A DNA stretch of 58,056 nt from an uncultured Mycoplasma sp. (lineage in GTDB: Bacteria; Bacillota_I; Bacilli_A; RF39; UBA660): NCBI GenBank assembly GCA_945915275.1, contig CAMEEZ010000003.1, forward strand, positions 1-58,056. Direction: 5' to 3'. The translations under genes and the position numbers were made by a program. The notes below the pieces were generated by a model. It made no database searches. It saw only the letters and a program-made list of their open reading frames with translations, and had not been told where the DNA came from. This document shows, in pieces, positions 45,660 to 54,857 of the stretch (position 1 is the first letter of the stretch; the number at the start of each line of letters is the position of its first letter).

Positions 45660-47390
45660 TTAATTTTGAGATTCTGTAAAGTATAAACTCTTATAAGCCT
45701 CACTTGTTTTTAATAATTCTTCATGCGTTCCTGATGACTCTAATTTTCCTTTATCAATAACATGAATTATATCTGCATCTACAATCGTAGATAACCTATG
45801 CGCAACAATAATAATTGTATGATCTTTTACTAAATTATCGATTGTCTTTTTAATATATTCTTGACTTTCATTATCCAACGCTGACGTAGCTTCGTCAAAT
45901 AAAATTATTTTAGTATTTAAAAGTAATGTTCTTGCTATTGCAATTCTTTGCTTTTGTCCACCAGATAAATTTATCCCGCCTTCACCTATTATAGTATCGT
46001 ATTGATTAGGCAATGACATAATATAATCATCTATGTATGCTTTTTTACAAACTTCTCTGATTTCTTTTAAAGATACATTTTCCTTAACAATTCTAAAATT
46101 TTCAATAATTGATAAATTAAATAAAAATGGTGTTTGTCTGATTATCGAAATATTATTTCTTAAAGATGTTTCACTTAAGTCTTTAATATTAATATCATCC
46201 ACTAATATTTCCCCTTCTGTAGCATCAAAATATCTTAATAGTAAATTGAATATCGTTGATTTACCATTACCACTACGTCCTATGATTGCTACTTTTTTAT
46301 TACTTTCAATTTTTAGATTCAATCCCTTTAAGGTATTTTCTTCATCTTCACGATATTTAAAGAAAACATTTTTAAATTCAATTATTCCTTTAGTATTTTT
46401 TAACTTTTTCTTACCAAAATTTTCATCATCATATAATTTATTATTAACAATCTCATCTATTCTTTTTAAAGAAACTGTTACTTTATTAAAGTTAACTCCA
46501 AAATCAGAAATAGATTCTACTACTTCATCTATTCTCCAAATATAACTTTGCATCATAATAAATATTGCGAAAGTAATTTTTCCTATTATAAAGTAATACC
46601 CACATGTTAATAAAATCATTGTTTGTAACATAAAGTATACTCCATTATTAATACTATAATAAAACATTTCATATTTTTTAATCTTCTTATTATTATCAAT
46701 AATGCGTTGTATAACACCAAATACCCTATTTTCTATATTTTTTTTAATTCCTAATGATTTTATTTCTCTTATACCAGTTATATTTTCTGTTGTTATCTTA
46801 ACATAATTATCAGTTTCTTTTTTTATTTTCTCTTGACTCTTCTTAATTTTAGGAAAGAATTTTGCTGAAATAAAGCCCATTATGAATGAAAATATTAATA
46901 TTTCCATACCTAATAAAACTGAAACACTAAATGCATATATAATAAGTACTATAACAACAAATGATTTACATATTAATTTTACCATTTTAGCTAGTAATTC
47001 CATAACTCTATCAGGATCAGTATATAATCTGTTTATAAATTCTCCAACTCCAATTTCTTCGAAAGCTATTGCTGGTAAATTGTCAATTTTTTTATAAATA
47101 TCTTTACTAACATTTTTCATAAATTTAAGTTCTAAATAATTATATAAAGTGTGTCTTGGTATATGTAATATTGAGTAGCAAAAAATATAAACGCCTTCCC
47201 AGATTAACAAAAAAGTTATAAATCCAGAAAAGTTTTTACTTACTAATAATTCAATAGTTTTTCCCTCTAAATATGCATTTATTAATGCTGGAAAATAAGT
47301 GAACATTACTAATAGTATATATCCAAATAATTTTATTTTTTCATCTTTTAAATAATGCCATAAAATTTTAAATGATTTAGCTTTTTTCAT
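45660..47390 (-). CDS. ABC exporter, fused permease/ATPase (type I, MsbA/LmrA-like)
   Basis: Six N-terminal TM helices, Walker A GRSGNGKST, signature LSGGQKQR and Walker B ILFDEATSALD. No C39 peptidase domain. Start placed at MKKAKSF (GAAGGGGA upstream). Confidence 0.88.
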   Translation of the reverse strand: MKKAKSFKILWHYLKDEKIKLFGYILLVMFTYFPALINAYLEGKTIELLVSKNFSGFITFLLIWEGVYIFCYSILHIPRHTLYNYLELKFMKNVSKDIYKKIDNLPAIAFEEIGVGEFINRLYTDPDRVMELLAKMVKLICKSFVVIVLIIYAFSVSVLLGMEILIFSFIMGFISAKFFPKIKKSQEKIKKETDNYVKITTENITGIREIKSLGIKKNIENRVFGVIQRIIDNNKKIKKYEMFYYSINNGVYFMLQTMILLTCGYYFIIGKITFAIFIMMQSYIWRIDEVVESISDFGVNFNKVTVSLKRIDEIVNNKLYDDENFGKKKLKNTKGIIEFKNVFFKYREDEENTLKGLNLKIESNKKVAIIGRSGNGKSTIFNLLLRYFDATEGEILVDDINIKDLSETSLRNNISIIRQTPFLFNLSIIENFRIVKENVSLKEIREVCKKAYIDDYIMSLPNQYDTIIGEGGINLSGGQKQRIAIARTLLLNTKIILFDEATSALDNESQEYIKKTIDNLVKDHTIIIVAHRLSTIVDADIIHVIDKGKLESSGTHEELLKTSEAYKSLYFTESQN

Positions 47391-47429
47391 ATTTATCCCC
47401 TTCTTTCTAAAACAAAAAGCCACTTTATC

Positions 47430-47540
47430 TTAAAGTGACTCTTTATATTTTTTTATTACTTCAAAACAAGTGAGAATATGTTTATTCTCTACAAAATCAC
47501 TTTTAAATTTAACATATTTAGAATTATAATTTTTCTTCAT
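47430..47540 (-). CDS. small Lys-rich peptide (36 aa), hypothetical
   Basis: Hand translation: MKKNYNSKYVKFKSDFVENKHILTCFEVIKKYKESL, with strong RBS AAAGGAGTGAGAAT-ATG. It lies 40 nt upstream of the ABC exporter. The hairpin CACTTTA-TCT-TAAAGTG overlaps its stop. Confidence 0.4.
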   Translation of the reverse strand: MKKNYNSKYVKFKSDFVENKHILTCFEVIKKYKESL

Positions 47541-47571
47541 ATTCTCACTCCTTTCTTTATAATTCGAAATA

Positions 47572-47600
47572 AACATAACACACAAATATTAATATGTCAA
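47572..47600 (-). promoter_or_regulatory. sigmaA-type promoter (TTGACA-17-TATGTT) for small ORF/ABC exporter
   Basis: Minus strand has TTGACA (47595-47600), a 17-nt spacer and TATGTT (47572-47577). Confidence 0.6.
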
Positions 47601-47611
47601 ATTTTATTTTT

Positions 47612-47642
47612 ACAAAAAAATGACACATATTATATGTCATTT
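47612..47642 (-). terminator. intrinsic terminator of glycosyltransferase operon
   Basis: Minus strand reads AAATGACA-TATAATATG-TGTCATTT followed by TTTTGTA. It overlaps the stop of 47641-49131. Confidence 0.65.
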
Positions 47643-49131
47643 ATTCCCAAATATCATTTAATAATTCATTATATATATTATAATTATTTAAAGCTTCTTT
47701 ATTTTTTTGCTTTTGACTACCACTTCTTGGCAAATGGTTAATATGATAAACACAAGAAGATAAAACAGGAATAACATAGCATCCTTCTGCTATTAATTTA
47801 GATGCAAAATATGCATCTTCCATCCCCCATCCTTTAAATTTTGAGCTAAATGGAGTTGCTGATTTTATTAAAGACTTATTTAAAGCCATATTATGTCCCG
47901 TAACCACCGTTGAAATATTATAAATTCCAATCTGTGATCCAAAGCTTAAATCTTTAAAATAATTTGTATCATCTAAAATAGAAAATTCTTCATTAATATA
48001 AGATTTATCACATCCAATATGATATTCTTTAATTTTGGTATTTACTCTACTATCATCAAAATCAGTACATGTATCGACTCCAGATAATAAATTTGCGATT
48101 TTTAAAATATCAGAATCTTTATCAATATTTTTTCTCATACAAATAAATATAGCATTTGGAATCATTTGGATTCTAACACTCATATCATATATATAATTCT
48201 TACTCAAAATAATATCTGAATCCATAAAAATAACATTTTCATATTTTGAAACAGCATAACCGACATTTCTGGCATTAGATAATCCCATATTTTTTTCAAA
48301 AGATATAATCTGTAATTCAAAATCTAATTTATCTCTAATTTCATTGATTTCCTCAATCACATTATTAGTTGAACCATCATCTATAATAATAACTTGTATT
48401 TTTTGCTTTTCCTCTTTTGTTAATTTTTGACCTTGTATTGATAATAATGAATATATTACATTTTGATTATAAACCGGTATTATAATGCTGATATTCATAA
48501 TATTATATTTTTTTCTTAAACAAGGTTTTGAAGTTAATAAACTATTGTTTGTAATATACTTATAGTAATTTTCTATATATGAATAATCATTAGATATATT
48601 AGATAGTCTTAATTTTAAAGAAGTGCTACTTGAACGAATGTCTAAACCTGTTTTAATACCATATGTTTTTATTTTTAAATTTAAATTTCCTATTTCATCA
48701 AATAAATATTCCGGTTTTGGTGAAATAATAGGTTTATGATCATTAATATTATCATATTTAATTAAATTAAACTTGTTTTGAATTTCTTTACAAAATTGTT
48801 CATCCTTAAAAGATATTATAGTTCCATGGTAAGTATCAAATAATATAGAACAATTATTAAAATCTAAGATTGATATATCATTAATATAATATCTTTTTGT
48901 ATTATCTAATATTTTAAAAAAGTACTTAATATTTTTATTTTTAATATATATTGTCTTTTGCCTATTATCTTTTCTATAACTAATTTTATTATTTACAATC
49001 TCAACTCTAAATGTGTCATCTTCTGAGAAGACATTTAATCTTCTTTTTATTTTTGGAAGAGAATCTCTATCAATTAAATAATTGATTATACTTTTAATTT
49101 TTCTTTTATTATTTAATATTAAATATTTCAT
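47641..49131 (-). CDS. family 2 glycosyltransferase with ~210-aa unknown N-terminal domain
   Basis: The GT-A core is ISIIIPVYNQ...VIIIDDGSTNN...FMDSDIIL (DxD) in the C-terminal half. Confidence 0.8.
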   Translation of the reverse strand: MKYLILNNKRKIKSIINYLIDRDSLPKIKRRLNVFSEDDTFRVEIVNNKISYRKDNRQKTIYIKNKNIKYFFKILDNTKRYYINDISILDFNNCSILFDTYHGTIISFKDEQFCKEIQNKFNLIKYDNINDHKPIISPKPEYLFDEIGNLNLKIKTYGIKTGLDIRSSSTSLKLRLSNISNDYSYIENYYKYITNNSLLTSKPCLRKKYNIMNISIIIPVYNQNVIYSLLSIQGQKLTKEEKQKIQVIIIDDGSTNNVIEEINEIRDKLDFELQIISFEKNMGLSNARNVGYAVSKYENVIFMDSDIILSKNYIYDMSVRIQMIPNAIFICMRKNIDKDSDILKIANLLSGVDTCTDFDDSRVNTKIKEYHIGCDKSYINEEFSILDDTNYFKDLSFGSQIGIYNISTVVTGHNMALNKSLIKSATPFSSKFKGWGMEDAYFASKLIAEGCYVIPVLSSCVYHINHLPRSGSQKQKNKEALNNYNIYNELLNDIWE

Positions 49132-49145
49132 ATATTATTCCTCAT

Positions 49146-50732
49146 CTAAAATTTAAAATCAAAATCTATCTCATCAACGGGTATAGAAATATTTTGATCA
49201 TAAAAAGAAATTTTTTCTGACTGTAAAATTATATCACTATACACTTTGTATTCTCTAGAATTATTCCAGTGTCTACCATCTTTTGCAAAAGCTATATATT
49301 TTTCATTATCGCCAGGTAAAAATTTATAGTGTAACAGGTATGAACAAAATGTAGCTTTAGCATTTATATCCCATGGATAATAAAAATGATCATTAACAAA
49401 AAGTTCTTTGCCTGTATAAGTTATGAAAGGTATTTTTTGTAAACTAGGATTTATACCAAAAATCCTAGAACGAGGCCCGCCATAAAACCTTTGATAATAA
49501 GGTGCTCTCAAGTTTATTTTATATGTACCTTTATCCACAAAATTGAAATCTTCTATATTTCCTTCAAATAATCTTTTTGAACTATATACATCTAACATCA
49601 AACTTTTAATATAATTTATTTTCTTTGTATTTATAAAATCTTCAAGTTTCTTACTTTTGTATCCTTCATAAATAAATAATTCATCAGAATCCACTGTTAA
49701 ATATTTATTCCCAATTCCATAATATTCAAATATTTGTTGTTTCCAACCACACATTTTATAACAATTATATTGCTCATCTATTTTCCAAAAAGAAATATTA
49801 ACTATTTCTTGATATTTTTTTAATATCTCTGTTGAATTATCTGTTGAATTATTATCAACTAACACAAAATTTTTAATACCGATATTTATGTAATGGTTTA
49901 TCCATTTATTAGCAAAATTTTCAAAATTATTATAAAAACATATTAAAATTATTCCATTATCAAATTCAGTCGACTTTATTTGTTTAAGGCTTTTTGTTTT
50001 TAATCCGCTAATAAAATTTGAAAAATACTCATCTGTAAACTCTAAATTATTGAATTCTTTTTTAAACATCTTTATTAATCTTCTTTTTAAACTATCGCTA
50101 CTATTTAAACTTTCGATTTCTTGAATTACTTTTTTTGCTTTTTTATTCTTAATTGTTTTTAATAACTTTATATGATTAAAAAGAGGCGCAAAATCAACAT
50201 TGATAAACTCTTCAAGTTTACCGGTTTTTATATGAGAAGTTTTAAGATTTAAAATCCTTTTCATGTATGAAATAATCGAACCATGAGAAACTATTAATAT
50301 TGTATTTTCTTTAAAATTATTTTTGTACACATCATTTAAAAATTCACATAATCTTGACTCTATCTCAAACTTATTTTCACCATATTCTCCAAATCTAACA
50401 AAAAAATCCCCATTAATTTGGTTAATTCTAGTATTATCTAAATCATCATTGTTCTTTTTACCAGAATATTTTCCATTACTAATTTCATGTATCCTATTTT
50501 CAATAACAACTTCTGTTTTAGGATATTTTTTAAAAACAAAATTAGCAGTTTGTATTGTTCTAGGAAAAGGAGAAACATAAATTTTATCAATTTTTGAAGG
50601 TAAATATTCTATGCTTTCTAATATGGATTCTTTTCCTTTTTCTGTTAAAATAGACCAATAAATTTCTTTGTCTGAAATTAACTCTTTTACATTATCTGTT
50701 GCTTCACCATGTCTCAAAAAAATCAAATTCAT
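49146..50732 (-). CDS. fusion: histidine phosphatase (PGAM-like) + GT-A glycosyltransferase-like domain
   Basis: The N-terminus has LIFLRHGEATDN (RHG catalytic motif) ... VSHGSII. The C-terminal half has IGIKNFVLVDNNSTDNSTEILKKY ... TVDSDELF (GT2/GT92-like). Confidence 0.75.
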   Translation of the reverse strand: MNLIFLRHGEATDNVKELISDKEIYWSILTEKGKESILESIEYLPSKIDKIYVSPFPRTIQTANFVFKKYPKTEVVIENRIHEISNGKYSGKKNNDDLDNTRINQINGDFFVRFGEYGENKFEIESRLCEFLNDVYKNNFKENTILIVSHGSIISYMKRILNLKTSHIKTGKLEEFINVDFAPLFNHIKLLKTIKNKKAKKVIQEIESLNSSDSLKRRLIKMFKKEFNNLEFTDEYFSNFISGLKTKSLKQIKSTEFDNGIILICFYNNFENFANKWINHYINIGIKNFVLVDNNSTDNSTEILKKYQEIVNISFWKIDEQYNCYKMCGWKQQIFEYYGIGNKYLTVDSDELFIYEGYKSKKLEDFINTKKINYIKSLMLDVYSSKRLFEGNIEDFNFVDKGTYKINLRAPYYQRFYGGPRSRIFGINPSLQKIPFITYTGKELFVNDHFYYPWDINAKATFCSYLLHYKFLPGDNEKYIAFAKDGRHWNNSREYKVYSDIILQSEKISFYDQNISIPVDEIDFDFKF

Positions 50733-51826
50733 TTTATTACCTCCACCAGTTTGCTAGTTTTTTCTATCCAATTATAGTGTTCTAAAACATACTTTCTATT
50801 TTTTTGAGCTATTATCTTTCTATTGGATTCTATCGCTTTAATAATTCCTTCAATAGTTGAATCAAGCGTTGGTTCCACAACAAATCCTCTTCCATCTTCT
50901 AAAAGTTCTTTATTTATTTTAGAATTAGTTGCTACAATAGTTAACCCACAACTCATCGCCTCAAGAATTGTTCCTTGAAGGCCCTCTCCATATTCTGATG
51001 GCGATATAAATATATCCGCTTCTTGATAATATTTTTCTGTATTGGACACAACACCGACAAAAGTTGCATATTTGGAAATCTTTTCTAATCTATTTCTATC
51101 TGGTCCATCTCCAACAATAACCATTTTTAATTTATATTTTTTCTTCAATCTTTCAAACGCCAAAATAATTTTATCAACATTTTTTCTAGAAATAAGACGT
51201 CCTACATATAAAAGTGTAATCTCTTTTTTTTCTTCAGATTGAGATGATTTTAATAAAAATCTATTACAATCAACCCCAGTTGATACAACTTTCATTTCTT
51301 CTTTATAATATTTTTTCCAAGACTCTTTAACTTCCATAGAAATCGCAATAACTTTATCATATGCTGATAAAAAACTTCCTTGAAAATCATTTTGTTGCTT
51401 TGGAATTCCACATAAGTATAATACATTTTTATTGATTAATTTTCTAGGAATAAATACAGCATCTAAATTATAGTATGAAAAAACAAAATCATAAATTGTA
51501 TTTTTTTCACTCAAATATTCATACAATCTTTGATTATAAAATATTGATTCTATATTCCAGCGACACCTATCTTCTCCTGGTTCTATTTCATAAATATATC
51601 TTGCTTTTTCATCTTGATTAATTTCTATTATACTAATTTTATTTGAATATTCCTCATAAAATTTTTTATATGGTTCTGAATATTCTAGCCCAACACTTCT
51701 AGGAGATAATGTAATAAAATGAACTTCATGACCAAGAGCATAAAAGTTAGTAGCGTGATCGAACGAAATTCGTTCTGCACCCCCAACAAAATAAGATGAT
51801 CTAGGTTGATTAATAATTATTTTCAT
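50729..51826 (-). CDS. GT4 (GT-B, group 1) glycosyltransferase
   Basis: EGLQGTILEAMSCGLTIVATN is the E-x7-E region. Start placed at MKIIINQ (AAAGGAG upstream). It overlaps the next gene's start by 4 nt and the upstream stop by 17 nt. Confidence 0.85.
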   Translation of the reverse strand: MKIIINQPRSSYFVGGAERISFDHATNFYALGHEVHFITLSPRSVGLEYSEPYKKFYEEYSNKISIIEINQDEKARYIYEIEPGEDRCRWNIESIFYNQRLYEYLSEKNTIYDFVFSYYNLDAVFIPRKLINKNVLYLCGIPKQQNDFQGSFLSAYDKVIAISMEVKESWKKYYKEEMKVVSTGVDCNRFLLKSSQSEEKKEITLLYVGRLISRKNVDKIILAFERLKKKYKLKMVIVGDGPDRNRLEKISKYATFVGVVSNTEKYYQEADIFISPSEYGEGLQGTILEAMSCGLTIVATNSKINKELLEDGRGFVVEPTLDSTIEGIIKAIESNRKIIAQKNRKYVLEHYNWIEKTSKLVEVIK

Positions 51827-52529
51827 TTTTACTCCTTTTATCAATATATTTCTTTGTTAAAATTCTTGCTATTTCTAAATCATCAATATGTAAAGAATAA
51901 TCTTTGCAATAATCCATCCATATTGTTTTATATTGTTCTATCTGATCAAATGTTATCATTCCATTTACCATTTCAATTATTTTTTGAATTTCTAAAATCG
52001 CACCGCGATGGGTAATATTAATCGACTGATACGAATTACTTAAATCATTTATAATATTTAATACACCACCAGCAATGCGTGCAGACCACTCAAAATGATT
52101 CTCTCCAGGAGTTATGATAATATTCCGATCTTTATTTTGACCAAAATTATGACTTAAATCACCTAGCTTTCTACATTCTTCAAAATCATCCCAACAGCTT
52201 TGCAAGAAATCTATTCTTTCTCTATGTTCTAATCCTTCAAAATTAAAATCCCCTTGAAATAACTCAGTTAACCCATAATCACCAATACATTCACATTTAA
52301 TATTATGTTTCAATAAATTATCCCCAATAATTTGAGCGGTTTCTAAAGCTCTTTTTTTTGTGGAGTGCCTTATAATAACATCGTCACTATCTATTTTATA
52401 TAAAATGTTTTGCGCTGCCTTTTGAGCCATTTCTATTCCGTTTAAAGTCAAACTTGTATCATTTTTACCATCTATATAACTATGATCATCATAACTATGT
52501 CTTAATAATATAAAATCATTTTTTCCCAT
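51810..52529 (-). CDS. histidine phosphatase family protein (PGAM-like)
   Basis: FILLRHSYDD (RH motif), TLNGIEMA, RHSTKKRALETA and ITHRGAI (second His). Confidence 0.7.
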   Translation of the reverse strand: MGKNDFILLRHSYDDHSYIDGKNDTSLTLNGIEMAQKAAQNILYKIDSDDVIIRHSTKKRALETAQIIGDNLLKHNIKCECIGDYGLTELFQGDFNFEGLEHRERIDFLQSCWDDFEECRKLGDLSHNFGQNKDRNIIITPGENHFEWSARIAGGVLNIINDLSNSYQSINITHRGAILEIQKIIEMVNGMITFDQIEQYKTIWMDYCKDYSLHIDDLEIARILTKKYIDKRSKNENNY

Positions 52530-52550
52530 ATTTCTCGCCTTTAAATTTTA

Positions 52551-54737
52551 TTATTTTGTTTTTTTTAATACCATATTTTTTTTGATTTCTGTTTGAAATG
52601 GTTTGGTGATTGTTTTATTGTATAAAACAACTTGTTCATGTAACGCTCTAGTTGAAGCAACATATAATAAATGCATGTCAACAGCGTTATTTTCATCATA
52701 AACATCACTTGAAGCATCATTAATTATTGTACAATCAAATTCTAAACCTTTAGCTGACGCAACAGTTAAGACAAATACTCCTCCATCAAATCTATTATCT
52801 TTATTTGAAATATACGTTGAATTTATTCCTTTTCCGATTAATTCTTCATTTACTCTTTGTGCCTCCAATTCATCCTTACAAATTACAGCGATTGTTTTAT
52901 AACCTCTATCAATCCAATCGCAAATTTTATTTTCTTTTATATTTTCATCATCTTGATTATCTAAATATTGTACATCAGAACCATGTCGTATTACTGGTAT
53001 AGATTCATTTACTCCTATAGATTTTAATATGTTATTTGAAGCTTCAGTTATCTCTATTGTTGTACGATAACTTTTACTTAATTCTAACATACGACATTTA
53101 TCTTCAAAAATATTTTTATTAAGCTCATCCCAAGAATTTATACTTCTATATGGATAAAGCGCTTGAGCTATATCTCCATAAATATTAAATATAGCATTTT
53201 CAAATATTTTTTTCATTGTATAATATGTGAACAAACTATAATCTTGGGCTTCATCTATAACTATATGATTATAATTTGTTTTTTTATTAGAAATAATATA
53301 ATTTAAATATAACAATGCCGAAATATCTTCAAATGCAATTTGTTTCTTTCTTATTAATTTTAATGTATCTTTTTGTAACATTCGTATTTCTTCTGGTGTT
53401 AAATTTGTTTCCATTTGATCCAATTCAGATATAAACAAAACATATAATGCTAAGCAAGATTTATTAATTTCTTTAAAATACTTATCTAATAATTTTTCTC
53501 CCTGTTTTTTTACTAAAATATCCAATTCAACACTTTTTTTTACTGCTTCTTCCCTTACTGGATCACCCTTTGGTAATGAGGTATAAATTTGTCTATATTC
53601 TCTATTTAGATCACTATATATTTCATTTATATCCTCTTTAAATTTGCTTTTAAAATACTTACGAGTTTTATCAAAATCCAAATGATTACCATGCTCTCCA
53701 AATAATCTTTCTCTTATAATATCAGCAGAATATACCACTTTACCATCTATGCAGAAATCATTTGTCACTATTTTATCCCCATGACAACATTGTAACATAA
53801 ATTTGTCTAAAAGATCACGGAATTCTAAGCTACTTTTAAATTTACTAATATTTATTTGCATTTGTCGTTTCTTTTTGGTTTCGGGCAATATTTCTGGACA
53901 CAACGTTAAATCTGTTTCTAAATATTCATTCATAAAATTTAATAATGTTTGCTGTTTTACAGTTGATGTTTCTAATTCTGGTAAAACTGATGAAATATAA
54001 TTTAGAAAATAATTATTGGGACCAATAACTAAAAAATCATTAGATTTGTATTTATTTCCTAAATTATATATTAAGTAAGCAATTCTATGTAGTGCAACAG
54101 ATGTTTTTCCACTACCAGCAACTCCTTGAATAATAATATCATTATCTTCTGATCTTATAATTGAATTTTGTTCCTTTTGAATAGTTGAAATAATTGTTTT
54201 CATTTTATTGTCAGAATTAGCATTTAAATAAGGAAATAATAATTCGTCATTGGTTACTAAGTTAGTATCTACCGCATTTATTAATTCGCCGTTTTCAATT
54301 ATTATTTGTCTTTTTAAGAGTAAATTACCATTCTGAATACCTTCAGGTGACTCATATGAAACATTTCCAAGTTCACTATCATAATATAATCCACATATCG
54401 GACTTCTCCAATCATAAACTACAGGATTATTATTATGACTTATTGAATTTTTGCCAATATAAATTGTTAATATTCCATCCGCATTTAATCTCTGATAATC
54501 TATTCTTCCAAAATAAGGACAACTCTTAGATTTTTGAAGGTTATATACTCTTTTTCCAACATCAAAAAGCTGCGAATTCAAATTCAAATGAGTACCTCTC
54601 AATCTATCCTCAAAGGAAAGCTTAGTAGATGCTTTTTTTAGTTCTTCTTCACTTTCCTTATTTTTCTCTATTTCTTCATCAATAACTCTTTTAGTATAAT
54701 CTAAGTGCTTTTTTTCTTCTTCAAATATGTTATTCAT
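52551..54737 (-). CDS. helD: HelD-type UvrD-like helicase (RNA polymerase recycling ATPase)
   Basis: N-terminal coiled coil, then CPYFGRIDYQ...IYIGKNSI...VYDWRSPICGLYY, Walker A GVAGSGKTSVALHR, IVIDEAQDY, and C-terminal GLEFD...LLYVASTRA. Confidence 0.85.
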   Translation of the reverse strand: MNNIFEEEKKHLDYTKRVIDEEIEKNKESEEELKKASTKLSFEDRLRGTHLNLNSQLFDVGKRVYNLQKSKSCPYFGRIDYQRLNADGILTIYIGKNSISHNNNPVVYDWRSPICGLYYDSELGNVSYESPEGIQNGNLLLKRQIIIENGELINAVDTNLVTNDELLFPYLNANSDNKMKTIISTIQKEQNSIIRSEDNDIIIQGVAGSGKTSVALHRIAYLIYNLGNKYKSNDFLVIGPNNYFLNYISSVLPELETSTVKQQTLLNFMNEYLETDLTLCPEILPETKKKRQMQINISKFKSSLEFRDLLDKFMLQCCHGDKIVTNDFCIDGKVVYSADIIRERLFGEHGNHLDFDKTRKYFKSKFKEDINEIYSDLNREYRQIYTSLPKGDPVREEAVKKSVELDILVKKQGEKLLDKYFKEINKSCLALYVLFISELDQMETNLTPEEIRMLQKDTLKLIRKKQIAFEDISALLYLNYIISNKKTNYNHIVIDEAQDYSLFTYYTMKKIFENAIFNIYGDIAQALYPYRSINSWDELNKNIFEDKCRMLELSKSYRTTIEITEASNNILKSIGVNESIPVIRHGSDVQYLDNQDDENIKENKICDWIDRGYKTIAVICKDELEAQRVNEELIGKGINSTYISNKDNRFDGGVFVLTVASAKGLEFDCTIINDASSDVYDENNAVDMHLLYVASTRALHEQVVLYNKTITKPFQTEIKKNMVLKKTK

Positions 54738-54795
54738 TTAACATCCTTCTCTCATCTAAACAGACTAATTTAAATTGTTCAATTTTATGTCATTT

Positions 54796-54824
54796 ACTAT
54801 AATTTATTTTAATGTCCAAGTCAA
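54796..54824 (-). promoter_or_regulatory. sigmaA-type promoter of helD (TTGACT-17-TATAGT)
   Basis: Minus strand has TTGACT (54819-54824), a 17-nt spacer and TATAGT (54796-54801), about 58 nt upstream of the helD ATG. Confidence 0.65.
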
Positions 54825-54857
54825 TAAAATATTATATATAAATCATTTTTTGAAGAA

